DNA of 64,000 bases from Eremomyces bilateralis CBS 781.70 (lineage: Eukaryota), in NCBI GenBank assembly GCA_010015585.1, contig ML975166.1; one strand, given 5' to 3'. Positions within the stretch are counted from its first letter, which is position 1, and every line of letters begins with the position of its first letter. The position numbers were made by a program, and so were the translations under genes. Below the pieces are notes generated by a model that saw only the letters and a program-made list of their open reading frames with translations, ran no database searches and was not told the origin of the DNA. Shown here piece after piece: positions 1 through 12,968 of this stretch.

Positions 1-1
1 A

Positions 2-70
2 GAGGCGAGGTCATTTGGACAACTGACCGAAGAAGACTTTGAGAAAGCGATTGTGTTCTGGTCGAGGTAA
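2..70 (+). CDS. Possible 3' end of a gene entering from the left edge (EARSFGQLTEEDFEKAIVFWSR*)
   Basis: Frame 2 is open from the window edge to TAA at 68-70 and reads protein-like; too short to identify. Confidence 0.25.
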   Translation, partial: EARSFGQLTEEDFEKAIVFWSR

Positions 71-889
71 CAAATGTGGATTGTTTTGGCGAGTCCATTC
101 CTTCTCCTGCAACCATGGCTGTACGGCAATTCTTTGATCAGGCTATTCTTCGTCTCCGATAGCGAATTGAGATGCTCCGAACTCGGGAAATGTAGCCTCG
201 CTGCATGAACGACAGTATGGTAGTCTTCAATGGAGGCGCGGCATGCTGTAGGCAGACCTGGCACAGCATGGCTTCGTTCCAGCTATTCCGTATCTACCTA
301 ACGCCCAACAGGCGTTCTAACATGCTCTGGACCGAATCGCGATTGGCAAACTAACCTTTCAGCTCCGACTCGCTTTGGTTTTGTTGATGCAAGGCTGAAA
401 TTGTTCACCAATCCATCTTGACATGAAGCATCCACGGCCAGTGCCTAATCAGCAATCAATTGAGGTGGAAGAATAGTTGGATCTTCACCTTTAATGTCCT
501 CTTCCAGCCTACAAAAACAGGGACTCGTAATTATCGACTTTCCTAATTAACGAATGTAAGACATACTTAGCTCGAAAGGTAAAGTGAGGCGAAAAGAAAC
601 CGAAGGAGGCGATTGAGGATCGTCGACGCCTTGCGGATATTGTTCCAGACCAGCCACCTCATCGTCCACCCGGGGGGACTCAAATGTTCAAAACTTCTAG
701 GCCCCATTGACAACAAGCTATTTATTTATCAACACTCAGTAAAATTCAATACCTTACCTACAGCCTTGGATTAAGCTCTCCTTTGTTGCTTTCTAAACCT
801 TCGTAAGCTTTAACATCCGGCAGAAACCTAGTTGTGCAATTGACCTGCTGCTGTCTGGCGTTGTATTCGAGCCTCACGACCCCGCGACA

Positions 890-2020
890 ATGCCCGGTCC
901 TACCACCGTGACCGCTGAACTCGACTTCCTCAAGAAAGATATCAAGCATTCGACGGAGAAGCCCTATAAGCTGCAATACGACCCTGGTCCCGATCTTCCC
1001 CGCTGGAACTGCGAGAACGTCTCTCAATCGGACATACCGGTCCATGACATTCGGGGACACGAGAATGAGTATACACTGGAGAAGAATGGGTTTGTGGTTC
1101 TGAAACTCGAGAGCCGGTTGGTACCCGAGGACTTCTATGATGAGAAGAAGGTGAAAGAGGTGTACTATGAGGAGGTTAAGGAGGTGCTGAAGAGAGAACG
1201 GGGAGCGAAGAGGGTGGAGATATTGGAGCATGGAGTATACCCGCCCAGACCCTTTTCCGTTCCCATGAGTCTATATTGCGCTACAAGTCTTAGCCCTTGC
1301 AACTGTTCTATCTATTGTCAAAGTCATGGGATGTCCTTTCGGATTATTGTTGACTAATTATGGTAGATTCGAAAGAGGCATGAGGAGTTTCCGATTTCAA
1401 CCGGCGGAGATTACCAATATCTTCAACCAACTTCAGTGATTCATATTGGCATGTTGGCTATCTAGCATACAGAGTGTCACGGTTTGCTAACTTAGATAGA
1501 CTTCACTCCTGAAGCAGCCCTAGAATCCAGTGCGAATATCCTCAAGGTCCCTTCGTCCGAGTACGAACGCGTTCAATGCATGAAGTATGCCATAAAGCGT
1601 TACTGATGGAGCTCGCGCTTACCGCTTCCTTAGCATCTGGAAACCTCTCCGCGGCCCACTGACGGACTGGCCACTCACCGTCTGCGATGTGCAAACGCTC
1701 GACGTCGAGCGAGACTGCGTGGCTACCGATGTGGTGACACGGGATGGATTCACGGAGAACTATCAGATCTACTACAATCCCGAACATCGATGGTACTATC
1801 TCAACAAGCAGATGCCCGATGAATTGATTGCGTTCCGCCAGACCGATACGGATGAGCGATATACTACGGGTAAGGACATTGAATTGATGGACTGAGAAGA
1901 ATCAGAGAGGGCTAACTGCGCTGTTCAGGGGTGCCGCATGCCGGGTTTAGAAACCCAATGGCTGTGAAGGGGGAAACTCCCCGTGAAAGCATCGAGATGC
2001 GAGTGTTTTTATACTTCTAA
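890..2020 (+). CDS. AsaB/CmcJ/GA4-desaturase family hydroxylase-desaturase, 5 exons
   Basis: Introns 1235-1366, 1449-1499 (GC-AG), 1585-1633, 1870-1928. Spliced protein has family motifs VHDIRG..YTLEKNGF, HID, NIWKPLRGPLTDWPLTVCD, HRWYYL, VPH and RESIEMR; stop TAA at 2018-2020. Confidence 0.85.
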
Positions 2021-2138
2021 AGAAGATACTTTGGAGAGGGGTATCCAGTAAACCTCGAAGAGGCAGATGTCGACTAAGCACAGTTAATGAGGGAACACGG
2101 TTATATGTGTCAGCAAAGCGACCTAGGGACTGTATGTT

Positions 2139-2198
2139 ATTGAGGACGAACCCGTCAGTGGAGTCGTCATTAAGGACGAGCCCGTCAGTGGAGTCATC
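2139..2198 (+). repeat. Tandem duplication, 2 x 30 bp
   Basis: attgaggacgaacccgtcagtggagtcgtc / attaaggacgagcccgtcagtggagtcatc; 27/30 identical, all three differences are G/A transitions. Confidence 0.85.
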
Positions 2199-2587
2199 AT
2201 CAAAGTTGCGATTTCTGTCATGTGAAAGGCGAACGGATCACAGCGAAATTTCACCGTTTCAGACAACCATGTGCATTGCGGGTATTACTTTGGAATTAAG
2301 CACTAAGTGAGGTTCTCTCTAGGTGCTAACCACCTTCGAGACAGAGGTAATAGGCAAGTTTCATGACTAACATGAGAATCGCTCGGTGAAGTTGATTGGT
2401 CATGCTGGTAATGATATATCGAATAACGCCCGCTGCATGAATTGATGTCATACGCCTAGTACTGAAGAAGAATCCCTTCCACTCGTTCCATCATGATAGT
2501 TCCTCATCCCCTATGCCAGTCCCAGAGTATCAGGAGTGACGCGTACCGGGAAGCTCAATACTCGGAAGAGTGATGATGACAAGTGAT

Positions 2588-2758
2588 CTACTGCTCCTTG
2601 TCCTCAGCAGGCGCAGGATGAGCACCAGCGGATCCCTCAAGCTTGATGGTCTCGCCTTTTTTGAAGCCGTGGGTCTCGCCAGCTTGAACCGGAGTGGTCG
2701 GAGGCCAGTGGACCTTCCACGGCTGAGACTTCTGAGCAGATTGAGTGGAGGCAGGCAT
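2588..2758 (-). CDS. Putative small protein (56 aa), below the ORF-track cutoff
   Basis: MPASTQSAQKSQPWKVHWPPTTPVQAGETHGFKKGETIKLEGSAGAHPAPAEDKEQ*; start context gtcgccATG; upstream 47-nt intron-like element 2799-2845 (GTTAGT..CTAAT..ACAG); CT-rich leader. Confidence 0.5.
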   Translation of the reverse strand: MPASTQSAQKSQPWKVHWPPTTPVQAGETHGFKKGETIKLEGSAGAHPAPAEDKEQ

Positions 2759-5700
2759 GGCGACTAATAGATTCGAGTTGATTTGATGGGCTGATGGACT
2801 GTATTAGTTTGATGGGCATTAATAAGGCGCTTGCGAGAAACTAACATTTGCCGGTGAGGGTTGGATAGCTAATGAGGGACTTGGATTGAGAGGTGGGACC
2901 GAGCGAGGTTCTGTTGCAGTAGAAACTGGAGATCAATTGACAGGTGAATGAATTCCGAAAGACGACGACGAAAGACGGAAAACGACGGATTAGTTGAAGG
3001 ATAAGTAAATGTCGAAGAAGAAGGTATTCTTGTATCCTGCACCGACCGATCATGTGCTACTGGGCGCTGGTGGCGACAAGTATAGAGTCCAAACCGAAGG
3101 ACCCAATCCCCCTTCCAATATTGGCGACATCGGACTTGAACTTCCACAAGCTCAATGTCAACGACTCAACTCAACTCCGTCCGAACAGCGAATTGACGAA
3201 CAACGCAGTGAACTAGTTATCGGTCGGGACATGTCATGAGGATAAAATCTCTCAATCTAGGCTGGTTTGAAACGGCGCCATGCAAGCTGATATGTACCTA
3301 CCTTGCATGACCTTTGACATATTGCCACGTCCTAGACATATCTTCTGTTGTACCGCACTGAATCGGGTCGGTCTTCATTATCGTTAGTCAATTATTCCCC
3401 TTTGTCAGTCTTCCAAAATCCATCCATGGCCAGTGGATAAGCATGTGAGTCTCTCTTGGTGCGGGGTACAAATACGTCGGTCGACAACCCAATTTGTCCG
3501 GGTATGTCTTATCGCAATAGATTTGCAAGATGACTCCAGACTCTTGTCGACTCGGCAATCGGAGTCCAAGAGTCAAGATGCCTGTGCCAACTCGGCCAAT
3601 CCGCCCCTCATGACAAGCAGCAGCGTCGTATCGTGGACAATCGATATCCGTTGCTCCGCCTGGATTCGCTTCTGCGCCCCTCGAAGAGCGGTGTGTACCA
3701 TATCCTACCGGAGAGCAACCATATCACCAGGTCGGAAGCTGTCCGGTTGGCCGGCACCGAAGTCTGCGATAACAGCATTCGATAGACGGAGGGTCATGTC
3801 TACGAATATCAGGTCGTGGAATCTGAGTTTCGGAGAATTGGTTGAGAGGTGGAAACTGCACTGAAGAGATATCTTAAGGGTTTTGTTCCTCTCCACTTGT
3901 TTCGATGGCCCCAGGGCCCCATGGGAAGGTTCCCCGAATGGTCGAGCCTGGGGTTCGGCAACCAAGCGCAGCCTTTCAACTTTTGGCATAGCCGCAATCT
4001 TTGAAAGAAAGAAACCCGCTGCCCCGTCTTGAAGACCCTTGAAACCTCGCTCGCTTTAGAGTTTGGAATACCTACTGTGCCGCAACTAGGCCCATATCGC
4101 ATGAGCATATTCCACCATGTTCATCTTTCAAGATGGCGATCCTGGTCTCGGTGGTGGGGGAGCCGGTTGTTCTAGAGGCTTCGTCTTACCCTACCATACC
4201 CGCCGAGCTGCTTAGTCCAATATCAGGGTTGACGGTATATTTTAGAAAGGTAAGGTAACAATCAACTGTTGAAGCCCTGGGCGTATACTTTAAGGCTATC
4301 AATTCCTTCAACTCCTGATGCTGCAGCTGTATCCTCATTTTATGTCCATCCCGCCCTCGAGGGCTATGCCGTGGCGTTGTCACACGCGTCATATTTCAGA
4401 TCAAGTCTTCCGCCATGTACCCATCGTCGATCCAACAATCTCGCCGCAATCCCATATTAACGATCACCAAGGATGTTCACTCTATCCGGATACTACGCAT
4501 ATTCCGAAGTCTCCTGCAGTATCCTGGCCGTTGGATACAGAGACCTTGATGGTCCAATGCTGCCATTCTGGCCATGATATGAATATTAACTGCAATACGT
4601 GCATTCTATCGGGTAGGTTGCAGCCTCAAATTTAACACAATAAACGAGGTCATCCTAAATAGGATGCAATTGTTGGTAAGTACTGTATAACAACAATTTC
4701 CCAACCTTGAACTTCCGGTCAGAACACTAACCAGACTTCTGATCAGGTGCAGACGTGCAGCAATGATGCCTGGTGGGCTGCTTTCCTTCTGTCACTCGGA
4801 ACCAAGCAACTGGTAACACGACAGCCCGGGGGGGAGAGGTGGGCTTCGCAGCCCATTCTACACGGATATCCTAGCCTTCGAGTCCAAGTAGGTTCGAAAG
4901 TGTCTCCGAGTTCTGATTTTACTGAAGGCGATAGTGTGATATTTGACATACCGCGGAGAGGGAGGCGAGAAGGCTGGGCGATGCCTATTCGCTATCGAAC
5001 ACGCTCTACTCGCTCGCGATACCATCTACGTCACAGCGATGGGGTCATTCTAGACTTGCACTGCGAGACAGGCAGCGCTTAAGGTACCAAATATATCTCT
5101 AATAACAATGGTGTTGACTACCACTTACTCCGATGCCAGGCGTCAACTCTCAGTCAAAACTCAGAACAGTGCCGAGGGACTAAATAGAGACTGGCTCGGT
5201 GGCTCCCGCTCGGGCGACCCACCCAATGACGATCTCTCGTGAACACTTGGTCCTTGTCCAAGTTCCATGCGGGCTGAATGGGGCCTCCTAGCCATCAGCG
5301 AACAAGCATTTATCCAGATGAACTGATTCGAAAAGATCAAAGATCCAAGGTCAATTTAACTGAGGCTTCCAAGCGCTGAGCCAGGGTCGGATTGGATGGT
5401 GGGTCCGAGCTGAAGTAGCCGCCAATGAGAGGCGAAACGCCCTGCGCGATTCCCGATGATCTGGGGCTCTTCGGCGGCTACACAGCCTATTGTATGCGCT
5501 ACACAGCCGACAAGACGGTCTATCCAACAGCCTACGAGACACCCTAGCAGTCAACACGACAGCCAACTCTGGCTGCACGCCAACCCCCGGGGGCTCTCTT
5601 CAGCCCACCCCTCCAGCCTCAAACCTCTCCCCAACCCACTCTCCTCCTGCCATTGGCTCCCCACACATTGACTTCAGCCATCCCGTTGCCAGCTTTGATC

Positions 5701-5857
5701 CCAATCCCCGTCCAGCTTCATCCACCACCTCCATCCATCTCCCTGGGACACAACATTCCAATCGTGCTCCTCCAAACCCCAACATTTTGCCTCCCGGAAT
5801 ATTTGCGGTGCCCACAAAGTCGTACAACACTACAACCCCATGAAAGCTGTGTGCACA

Positions 5858-7325
5858 ATGTCGAGCCTCGCAAGCTGGGAAGAGAGAACTCCCTGGCTAC
5901 TCCAGATTTCCAACATCCCAACACCCTCCACCATGGCCGTCATGCCTGTTGGGCATGTGCAGCCGTTGCTCGTCCCGAAAGGTAAGGGTTTATACTAGGT
6001 GGGCGCCTGCTGTTACACAGTTTCTTCTAAAATTCCCGCCTGCATACCCCTCTGAGTCTGAGATTACTTATGTTTAGATTGCATCGCCTTTCAGTCTGAT
6101 CTCCTTCCCTCACTTCTCTACGCCTGTCGTTAATGCTGTGCCCGGTCTTCTGGAAACGTTGCTGCCGCGGAGTGGGATATCAATAGCACCATCGAGGATG
6201 GAGCATCACGAACTTGAGGCGGGGCGTCTCTATCACGCTCGCTCCAACTCGGTGAATAGCTCGCGGGCACCGCTCACGAAACATGGCCTCCCACGAGAAC
6301 CCGCTCAGAAAGGACAGACTTGCCATAATTGCGGGACATGCATTGCTTCGGCCATGCCAGATCCTTCGCAAGTTGCCAGGACTTCGACCCCACCCGTCCT
6401 GACGAGGCCTTCAGGAAAGAAGACATCTTTCGGTACTGTCCAGACCGGTGATGGAGACACACAGGCTCTTCGCCCCGTTCGTCTCTCGCCTCGCCCCCTC
6501 GAGTCATCCCCAGAGTCCCCCATCTCATCAAGCTTCTCGGATCAATTGTCCTCCAGCTCTGGAAGAACCTCCAGTCCGTCCAGTCCCGACGATGGACGAA
6601 GTATGAGGTCCTATCAGAGCTCCCTCCCCGTCCCAAGCTCCGGAACCGCCTCCCCTAATGCCTCCACCAAACCCCCTCTTCCACTCTCCAGCTCGACCTT
6701 AGAGACCACTCAGCCTAGCATCGCCGAGAAACTTTCCCGCCATGACAGTGCCACAGGCCGTATCTCCAGAACCGCCGCACTATCATCGCACCCCACGACA
6801 ACCGCCGTCTCGCCTCCAACTATCGCTGCCCGGCGTGCATCTCGTAAATATCGAACCTCCATCACCTCCACCCACTCGATCACCGACACCATCATCTCCG
6901 AGAGCCCACAAGTATCCACCTTCCATGACCTTGTCGTCCTCCCCCTCCATGAACGCCGGGGACGCGCCACCACGCAGCTCAACATCGACTCTCAACCTCG
7001 CCCAACGGCCCGCAGCCTCTCTCCGCCTCGCCAACGCCGTGTCCAAGTCGAGCATCAGGCGAGCACGCCACTACGGGAGGAGTTCTCACCGCGTTTCCGG
7101 CCGGAAACGGAGACCGAGGATGGATCCGCGGCGCCGAACGCGGGAATGTTGTCGAGGCTTGGGAGCAAGCTCAAGCGGCATAACTTTTTGAATCGCAAGG
7201 GCACCGTGACTACAGAAGCCGAGAAGGAGAAGGAGGCGCCGGTGGCCGTCAAGAAGGGTTTAAGCAAGAGTGGGCATCAGGTTGTGGAGCAGAAGGCCGA
7301 GGTGGTGCATTGGACAGAAGCATAG
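5858..7325 (+). CDS. Ser/Pro/Thr-rich low-complexity hypothetical protein
   Basis: Long ORF to 7325 (first in-frame ATG at 6198). A possible upstream exon 5858-5981 with a GTAAGG donor at 5982 joins in phase at the TAG acceptor at 6186; the start is uncertain. Confidence 0.55.
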
Positions 7326-8106
7326 ACCCAACACCGTGCTACAGTGCCAAGCAACCTGACTTCACTTCTCTTCAACTGGAATCGATTGAGACGGGCCTAT
7401 CCTGTTCAATCAATCCCTATGCGTCATCTTTCGATTCACGCGGTCTAGCTTTTCTGTTGTTCCTTTAGCGTCATGATGGATGGGGTATGTCTGGAGTTTT
7501 TGCGCGGAACAGCGCTTTTGGATTGGTTTATGGGACACGATTTCGAGTTTCCCCCGGTAAAAGCACGGAGGGCCTCTTTCCCAGCATATTACCTATCGTT
7601 GACAACCGAGACATGGTCTTTAGAGGCCAGTGAGGAGCTGCCGTGTCACGGTGGTGTTATGGTCGCTTCATGCTCCATAGATGCCAGAATAAAATGGTCC
7701 CTGGGGTGGAAGAAATTGATAGTCCGGAAGCACATCCCAAGGCTTCGAAACTCCCTCCCTTGTTAAACTATATTTCACCTCTTACGATATACAATTGTCG
7801 TGACATGTTCCTTTGGCTATATATGTCTAAATAACTGGAGTGCACGCCAAGCTCACAAGGCCATCAATTCCACTCATAAGTACTTGATGAGGGCTTATTC
7901 ACCCAACATCATTATCCTATCAGCCTATGAAGGTATTTGTAGGAAGTTGCACATGCGGTAAAGTGGTATTGTATGTACATATATAATGGACTGCCATCCA
8001 TTTCGCCTGGGTATCTTTAAACACCGAGGCACCCCTAGACGCCGATAATCGGCATACCTTTCGCCAAACCTCATCGTTTCGAAATCAGATCAAGTCATAA
8101 CATCCT

Positions 8107-11100
8107 TCAAACAGCAAGGCCTCCTCCCCCCTTAACCCACCGATAATGCGAGAGAACCTCTCGCCGCTTCGCCTGATGCTCACCCTTGTTTTCCTCGCTT
8201 AGGCGCCCACGCACCTGGGCCAGAGCGGATCGCATGACTTTCCGAAAACTTCGCTGCCAGGGTATGGTGGTTAGCTGCTGATTCACTGGAAGGACATCCA
8301 TGCATGGGAGGAAAAAAGCGCCGGCTTACCTGATATTCCGTATTCAGAGTCACCACGCACGCCTCATGCGCCCTGACAATAGTTTCGCACGCCTTCACCA
8401 CACTCTCACTTGCCTCACCCTGCAGCTTATCCGCGATGAGCAGTAGTAGGAAGCTCCCCTGCAGTAGATAAATCCCGAAGAAAAACGGCATGAAGCTCAG
8501 ATCCGGATCGTATTCTAGCACGTCGTTCAGGGCCTCGGCAGCGGATACCGCATGGCCCGTGGCGGCGAGGAAGGTCGGGGAGGAGATGAAAAGGTCGTTG
8601 TCGTCGAGCATGTCGATGGGGTCCCATTTGCCGCTGAGCAGCACGTGCATGGTATGGATCAGGTAGGTGGAATAAGCGATGATGATCTTGGTGCGGAGGG
8701 AAGTTTCATTGTAGCGGGTGGCCGATGAGCTGACGGAATTGGCCGAGGGGGTGCCGGCATCGTGGGCAAGCGGTACGGATTGCGATGGTTGCCCGCTACC
8801 GTTGGTGGCGGTGGAATCAGTGGGAGCGGCCGCATCTTTGATCGAAGCAGCGCTGCGTGCTTCGAAGTCACGCAAGCTTTGTTCGAACACGGCTAGATGC
8901 TGGCTGATCTCCGCCGTCGAGTTGTCCCACCCTGCACCATTAAGGAAGGCTCCGAATCGAGGATGATTCCTAGCATGGACGAGGTCGACGATTTCGCCTA
9001 ATAACGTCATGAGGGGTGTGAAATACCCAAAGATACTCGGACCAGCAAGCTCGATCGACGGCCCGGGATGTCGGAAATAGCGAGACGACGGGTCGCTGCA
9101 GAAACCGGATGGAATGGAAAAGGTGTCACCAGCTTGCCAGATTTCTTCCTCGATTGGTTGCAGCAGCCCGTCGCATTCGGAGTCGTGGAAGAAGAGCGGC
9201 TTATTATAGCACAACGCCAGGTGTCGGTCCATGGTATACAACAGCCACCAGACACGCCGCCGTTCTTCACGCTCTTCCTCAGTAAATTGACGGATAGGAT
9301 TGCCGGTGATGGGGTTAATAGCCAAGGATTGAGTTGCCATGCCAGCTTCATCAACTGTGCCATTCAAGTAGCGATCGATTGAAGGGGCAATGTTGGAGGT
9401 TGGCACCTCTGTGCCCAGTCGGAGTTCTCGTGCCATGGACCACGCTGTATTCCAGAAACGTAGGCTGGCGGATTTATACTCCGTTGCCGAGATCACAGTT
9501 GCAATGTGCATGTACGTGATGACGTTGTCGAGATCAGCCGATGCTGTGGCCGCCGGATCCTCTGTCTCGAAGTTCAACCCAAACGCGCCAAATGATGCGC
9601 CGTTGGCAAATGGATTGTTCATAAATGTCACAGCCGGTTCGTTGGCCCCGCTGGCATCGTGCACCAGTGGCTTCAACAAGGAAATGGTCAGCTCCCAGAG
9701 CCTCGAGCAGATCTTGCTCCGCGCTGATGGTGATCGAAAAAATGGCGATTCGCACGTCTGCGCGCCGATCCAGAGCATACTAGCTAGCAGGGCGGGGGAG
9801 CACATCCTGGGATTCGACTGCCGCAGCAATGACTTTTTGCGGAAGACGAAGCCGACCACATACGGGGACTGTGGTTGCATGTACGCGGATGATGTGCTCT
9901 GGAAATACACATCCAGCAGCTCGCATGCCAAGTTCGTCGGTATCAAGTTGCCAAGATGAGGCAAGAGAGGCTGTAAAACCGGGTACCGTACTGGCTGCGG
10001 AGGCGTTATGCCTCGATTGGTCGTGTATAGCGCTGCGGAGGGCGATGGAACAAACCAACCTGGGGAGTTCATCGCCGGGGGAGATGGAAAGTAATTGGGC
10101 ATGGGTCGCATTGTGTCGGCTTCAAAGCCCATCGTTGTCACGGTCCCTCCTTGAGGGGCAGGACTTTCGCGGAAGCCAGCCGTGTTGTAAGCACCGCCCG
10201 AGTCCCCGGAGGCGGTGGAACGCGGTCCAGGGCCCCCGAAATTGGTTAGAAACTCGCTATTCGATGACATGCTGCGGAAGTTATCAAAGCTCGGGAGTGA
10301 GTTTGAGTTCGGGTTCGAGTTAACGCTTGTTCCGACACCGACACCACCATGATTCTGAATCTGATCAAGCCGGTTGATGTTATCCAGACCGGTGCCAGCA
10401 TTGAGGGCGGCTGGCTGAGGAGCCTCCTGGGTCGATTTCGCATAGTGCATGGATCGCTGAATTGATAAATCCGGAAGCTGGACATTACTCTGGCTAGCCT
10501 GCATGGAAAGCAGCACCTGCGCTGGTCCCGCATGGAGTTCTGGCAGCGACGGAGGCTGATGTGCCTGTTCTTCTTGTCTCTTGACATTTCCTCCCGCGCC
10601 TGAATCGCTAACTGACCTATTGTGGGCATTCCCCGTAGGCTGCTCTACGGCCACCTCTTTCCGAGATGCTTTGCCACGTTTTCGCTGAACGCGTATATAT
10701 TCGCATGTAAGGCCATACTCTGCACTGATTCAGATATGGAACACGCTGAAAATTTAGCATCGGAGCTCACGTACCACTGCAATGCGCGCAAGGGCTCCTT
10801 CCATCGCATTTGGTCCTCAATTGATTGCACTGGTCGCAAGCACGGCTGATCCTGCGCCGTACAGGCGTACTCGACACCATGATGTCGGATTGTTGACCCG
10901 GGGTGCGCGACGCAGAGCGACCAGAAAATAATTGGGTACTGAATTCGGGCACAAAATCCTCTTTTTTGGCGTGATCGATCCAGGTCAGAGTAGCTTCGGC
11001 CCTCTCCAAGCGGCTTCGCGCAAATTCTTCTCCTCGGACAACCGACTCGAAATCCGGGAGTTCCAGCTGTCCGGAAGGCGGTTGATCATTGCTCGACGAA

Positions 11101-11162
11101 TAGGTGATGGGGGAAAAATGAGAAACAGAAAGAAGAGGCGGGTGTAATGGATTCGAAAGCAT
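8107..11162 (-). CDS. xlnR: Xylanolytic transcriptional activator XlnR/Xyr1 (Zn2Cys6 plus fungal TF domain)
   Basis: N-terminal [114 protein letters not shown]. Introns 10720-10774 and 8254-8329. Confidence 0.96.
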
Positions 11163-11492
11163 GACAGACTTGACTATCGCAAAAGTGCTTTGGATTTAGG
11201 ACGCGTGTGGTTCACGTTATGGGAACTAGCGTCGTAAGACTGACGGCGGGCGATGCGATCTGGTCCGCGAGACCGTTGCGGTTTGCCATACAACGGCATC
11301 CGCCGAAGACTTTGGGAGAAATGAAAATAACGAACACTCTTTTTTCAGCGGATTAATCGATCGATACGCACTATTCATAGTATGGCTTCGGCCTCTTGCC
11401 TCCTCCGAGCATACCAGGAGAGACTTGGCTCGATGGCGGTAAGATGATCCTCATGGCGTTGCCGGTTGCATGGAGGATGGAGCGTTGCATGA

Positions 11493-11510
11493 GTGGAGTT
11501 CGCGGGGTAA
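11493..11510 (+). promoter_or_regulatory. Paired CreA-type (SYGGRG) sites upstream of xlnR
   Basis: GTGGAG (11493-11498) and GCGGGG (11502-11507) lie 3 bp apart, about 330 bp upstream of the xlnR ATG; GGGTAA overlaps at 11505-11510. Confidence 0.4.
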
Positions 11511-12968
11511 CAATAATGGTACAGGATTGAGTCCGTCCTGGTGAGAGACGACGGAGCAGAGAACTTTTTCGAGCTATATGCCCGTTAAGACGGTTAGATC
11601 CACGCCGGAAATCCCGGTAGATGGCTGATAGAAATATTGCCCAGCGTGAGACACGGTCCGTCGCCTGCGGCTGAGACGTTGGGAACTCTAGATGGAGCTA
11701 AGTGGATGGACAGAAGGGATGTGATCATGTGAAGCACGGAATACTACTCTGTACTATGTAATAATAACTGATTATGGGAGTTCATGGGTGGCGCCGGTAC
11801 CGGTATCGTGGCAATAGGTTGAACTTCGCTGCAGGCAATTGATAATATTGTTCTTCTGAATCCCAAGTCATTGTCTGGTGCTCGGAAACATCCGACTGCA
11901 CGACATCAAGCCATATGACTGCAACGATTTTCACTCCTGTCCATTGACTGGTGGAACTTCTTAGGGCCGGCCAACGTGAGCTGTTGGATGCAACGCCACT
12001 CCCTCTATTCCGTATGGAGTAGCATTCTGATCATCACTATTCACAGCATAGCCATTTCGAGGTCCGAACCTGATCCGGTAGATGGACTCCGTGTACGTTA
12101 ATAGGTTCAAGATTGTGGTTCACTTTTGATCAGGGCTACGTATGCTCCTCGACGACAGCCGTAAGGAATGACTAGACTTAGCAAAAGCCACAGTCGTATT
12201 GGGGAAGTGGAGGACCACACTCCGCAAGTCCGCATACCGAAGATCTTCCAGAGAAAGGATCTGAATGGCTGACCTCGCATACCGTAGTGTGTCCAACCCT
12301 GATGATTTGATGAAGAGATAATCGATTCTGTGCCATTGGCGTGGCTTGCATCCCGACGGGAACGAAAGCTAAACAACTGCCCAAGACTCAGGAGAGCAGC
12401 CTGCGATGGTGACTTCATGCACAAAGAGTTTCCTATTCAGACCCGGATATGAATCTCCGCGGAGGAAACAGCTCCCTTCTAGAAGGATTTGGAAGCACTG
12501 GTACCCCTCGCTGTTGAAACATCGAATTTGGCGCTTGAGTATTATTAACGGCAGCTAGGAAGTAGGAGAAGAGCGGAAAACGATGGTCCTGGAACTTTTG
12601 ACATCCACATCCATCCTACCTACTGAAATGGAGACAGGACAATTGTCTCGATAGCCGGACCAAATAGAGCAGTGGCAACGAAGGGCTAATAGATATTTGT
12701 AATAACTAACTAGGGTAATAGCAATTCTGTAGAGTCGATACGGAAGTATTCGGTCCAAGGTGGAGATGGAAACACAGTAGTGAGGGGGCGAGGGGGAAAG
12801 GGTTGGTGCACGTGACCACGCGTCATTATTGTCCTCCGCCTTATCTCCGAACATCTCCATCCCTCCACTTCGTTTATTCATTGTGAGCAGATAAGAACAA
12901 TAATATCTTACTTATTTACTCGCTATATTGCACGGTACCCCCCCGAAATCCGGTCTTAATTCAACACC

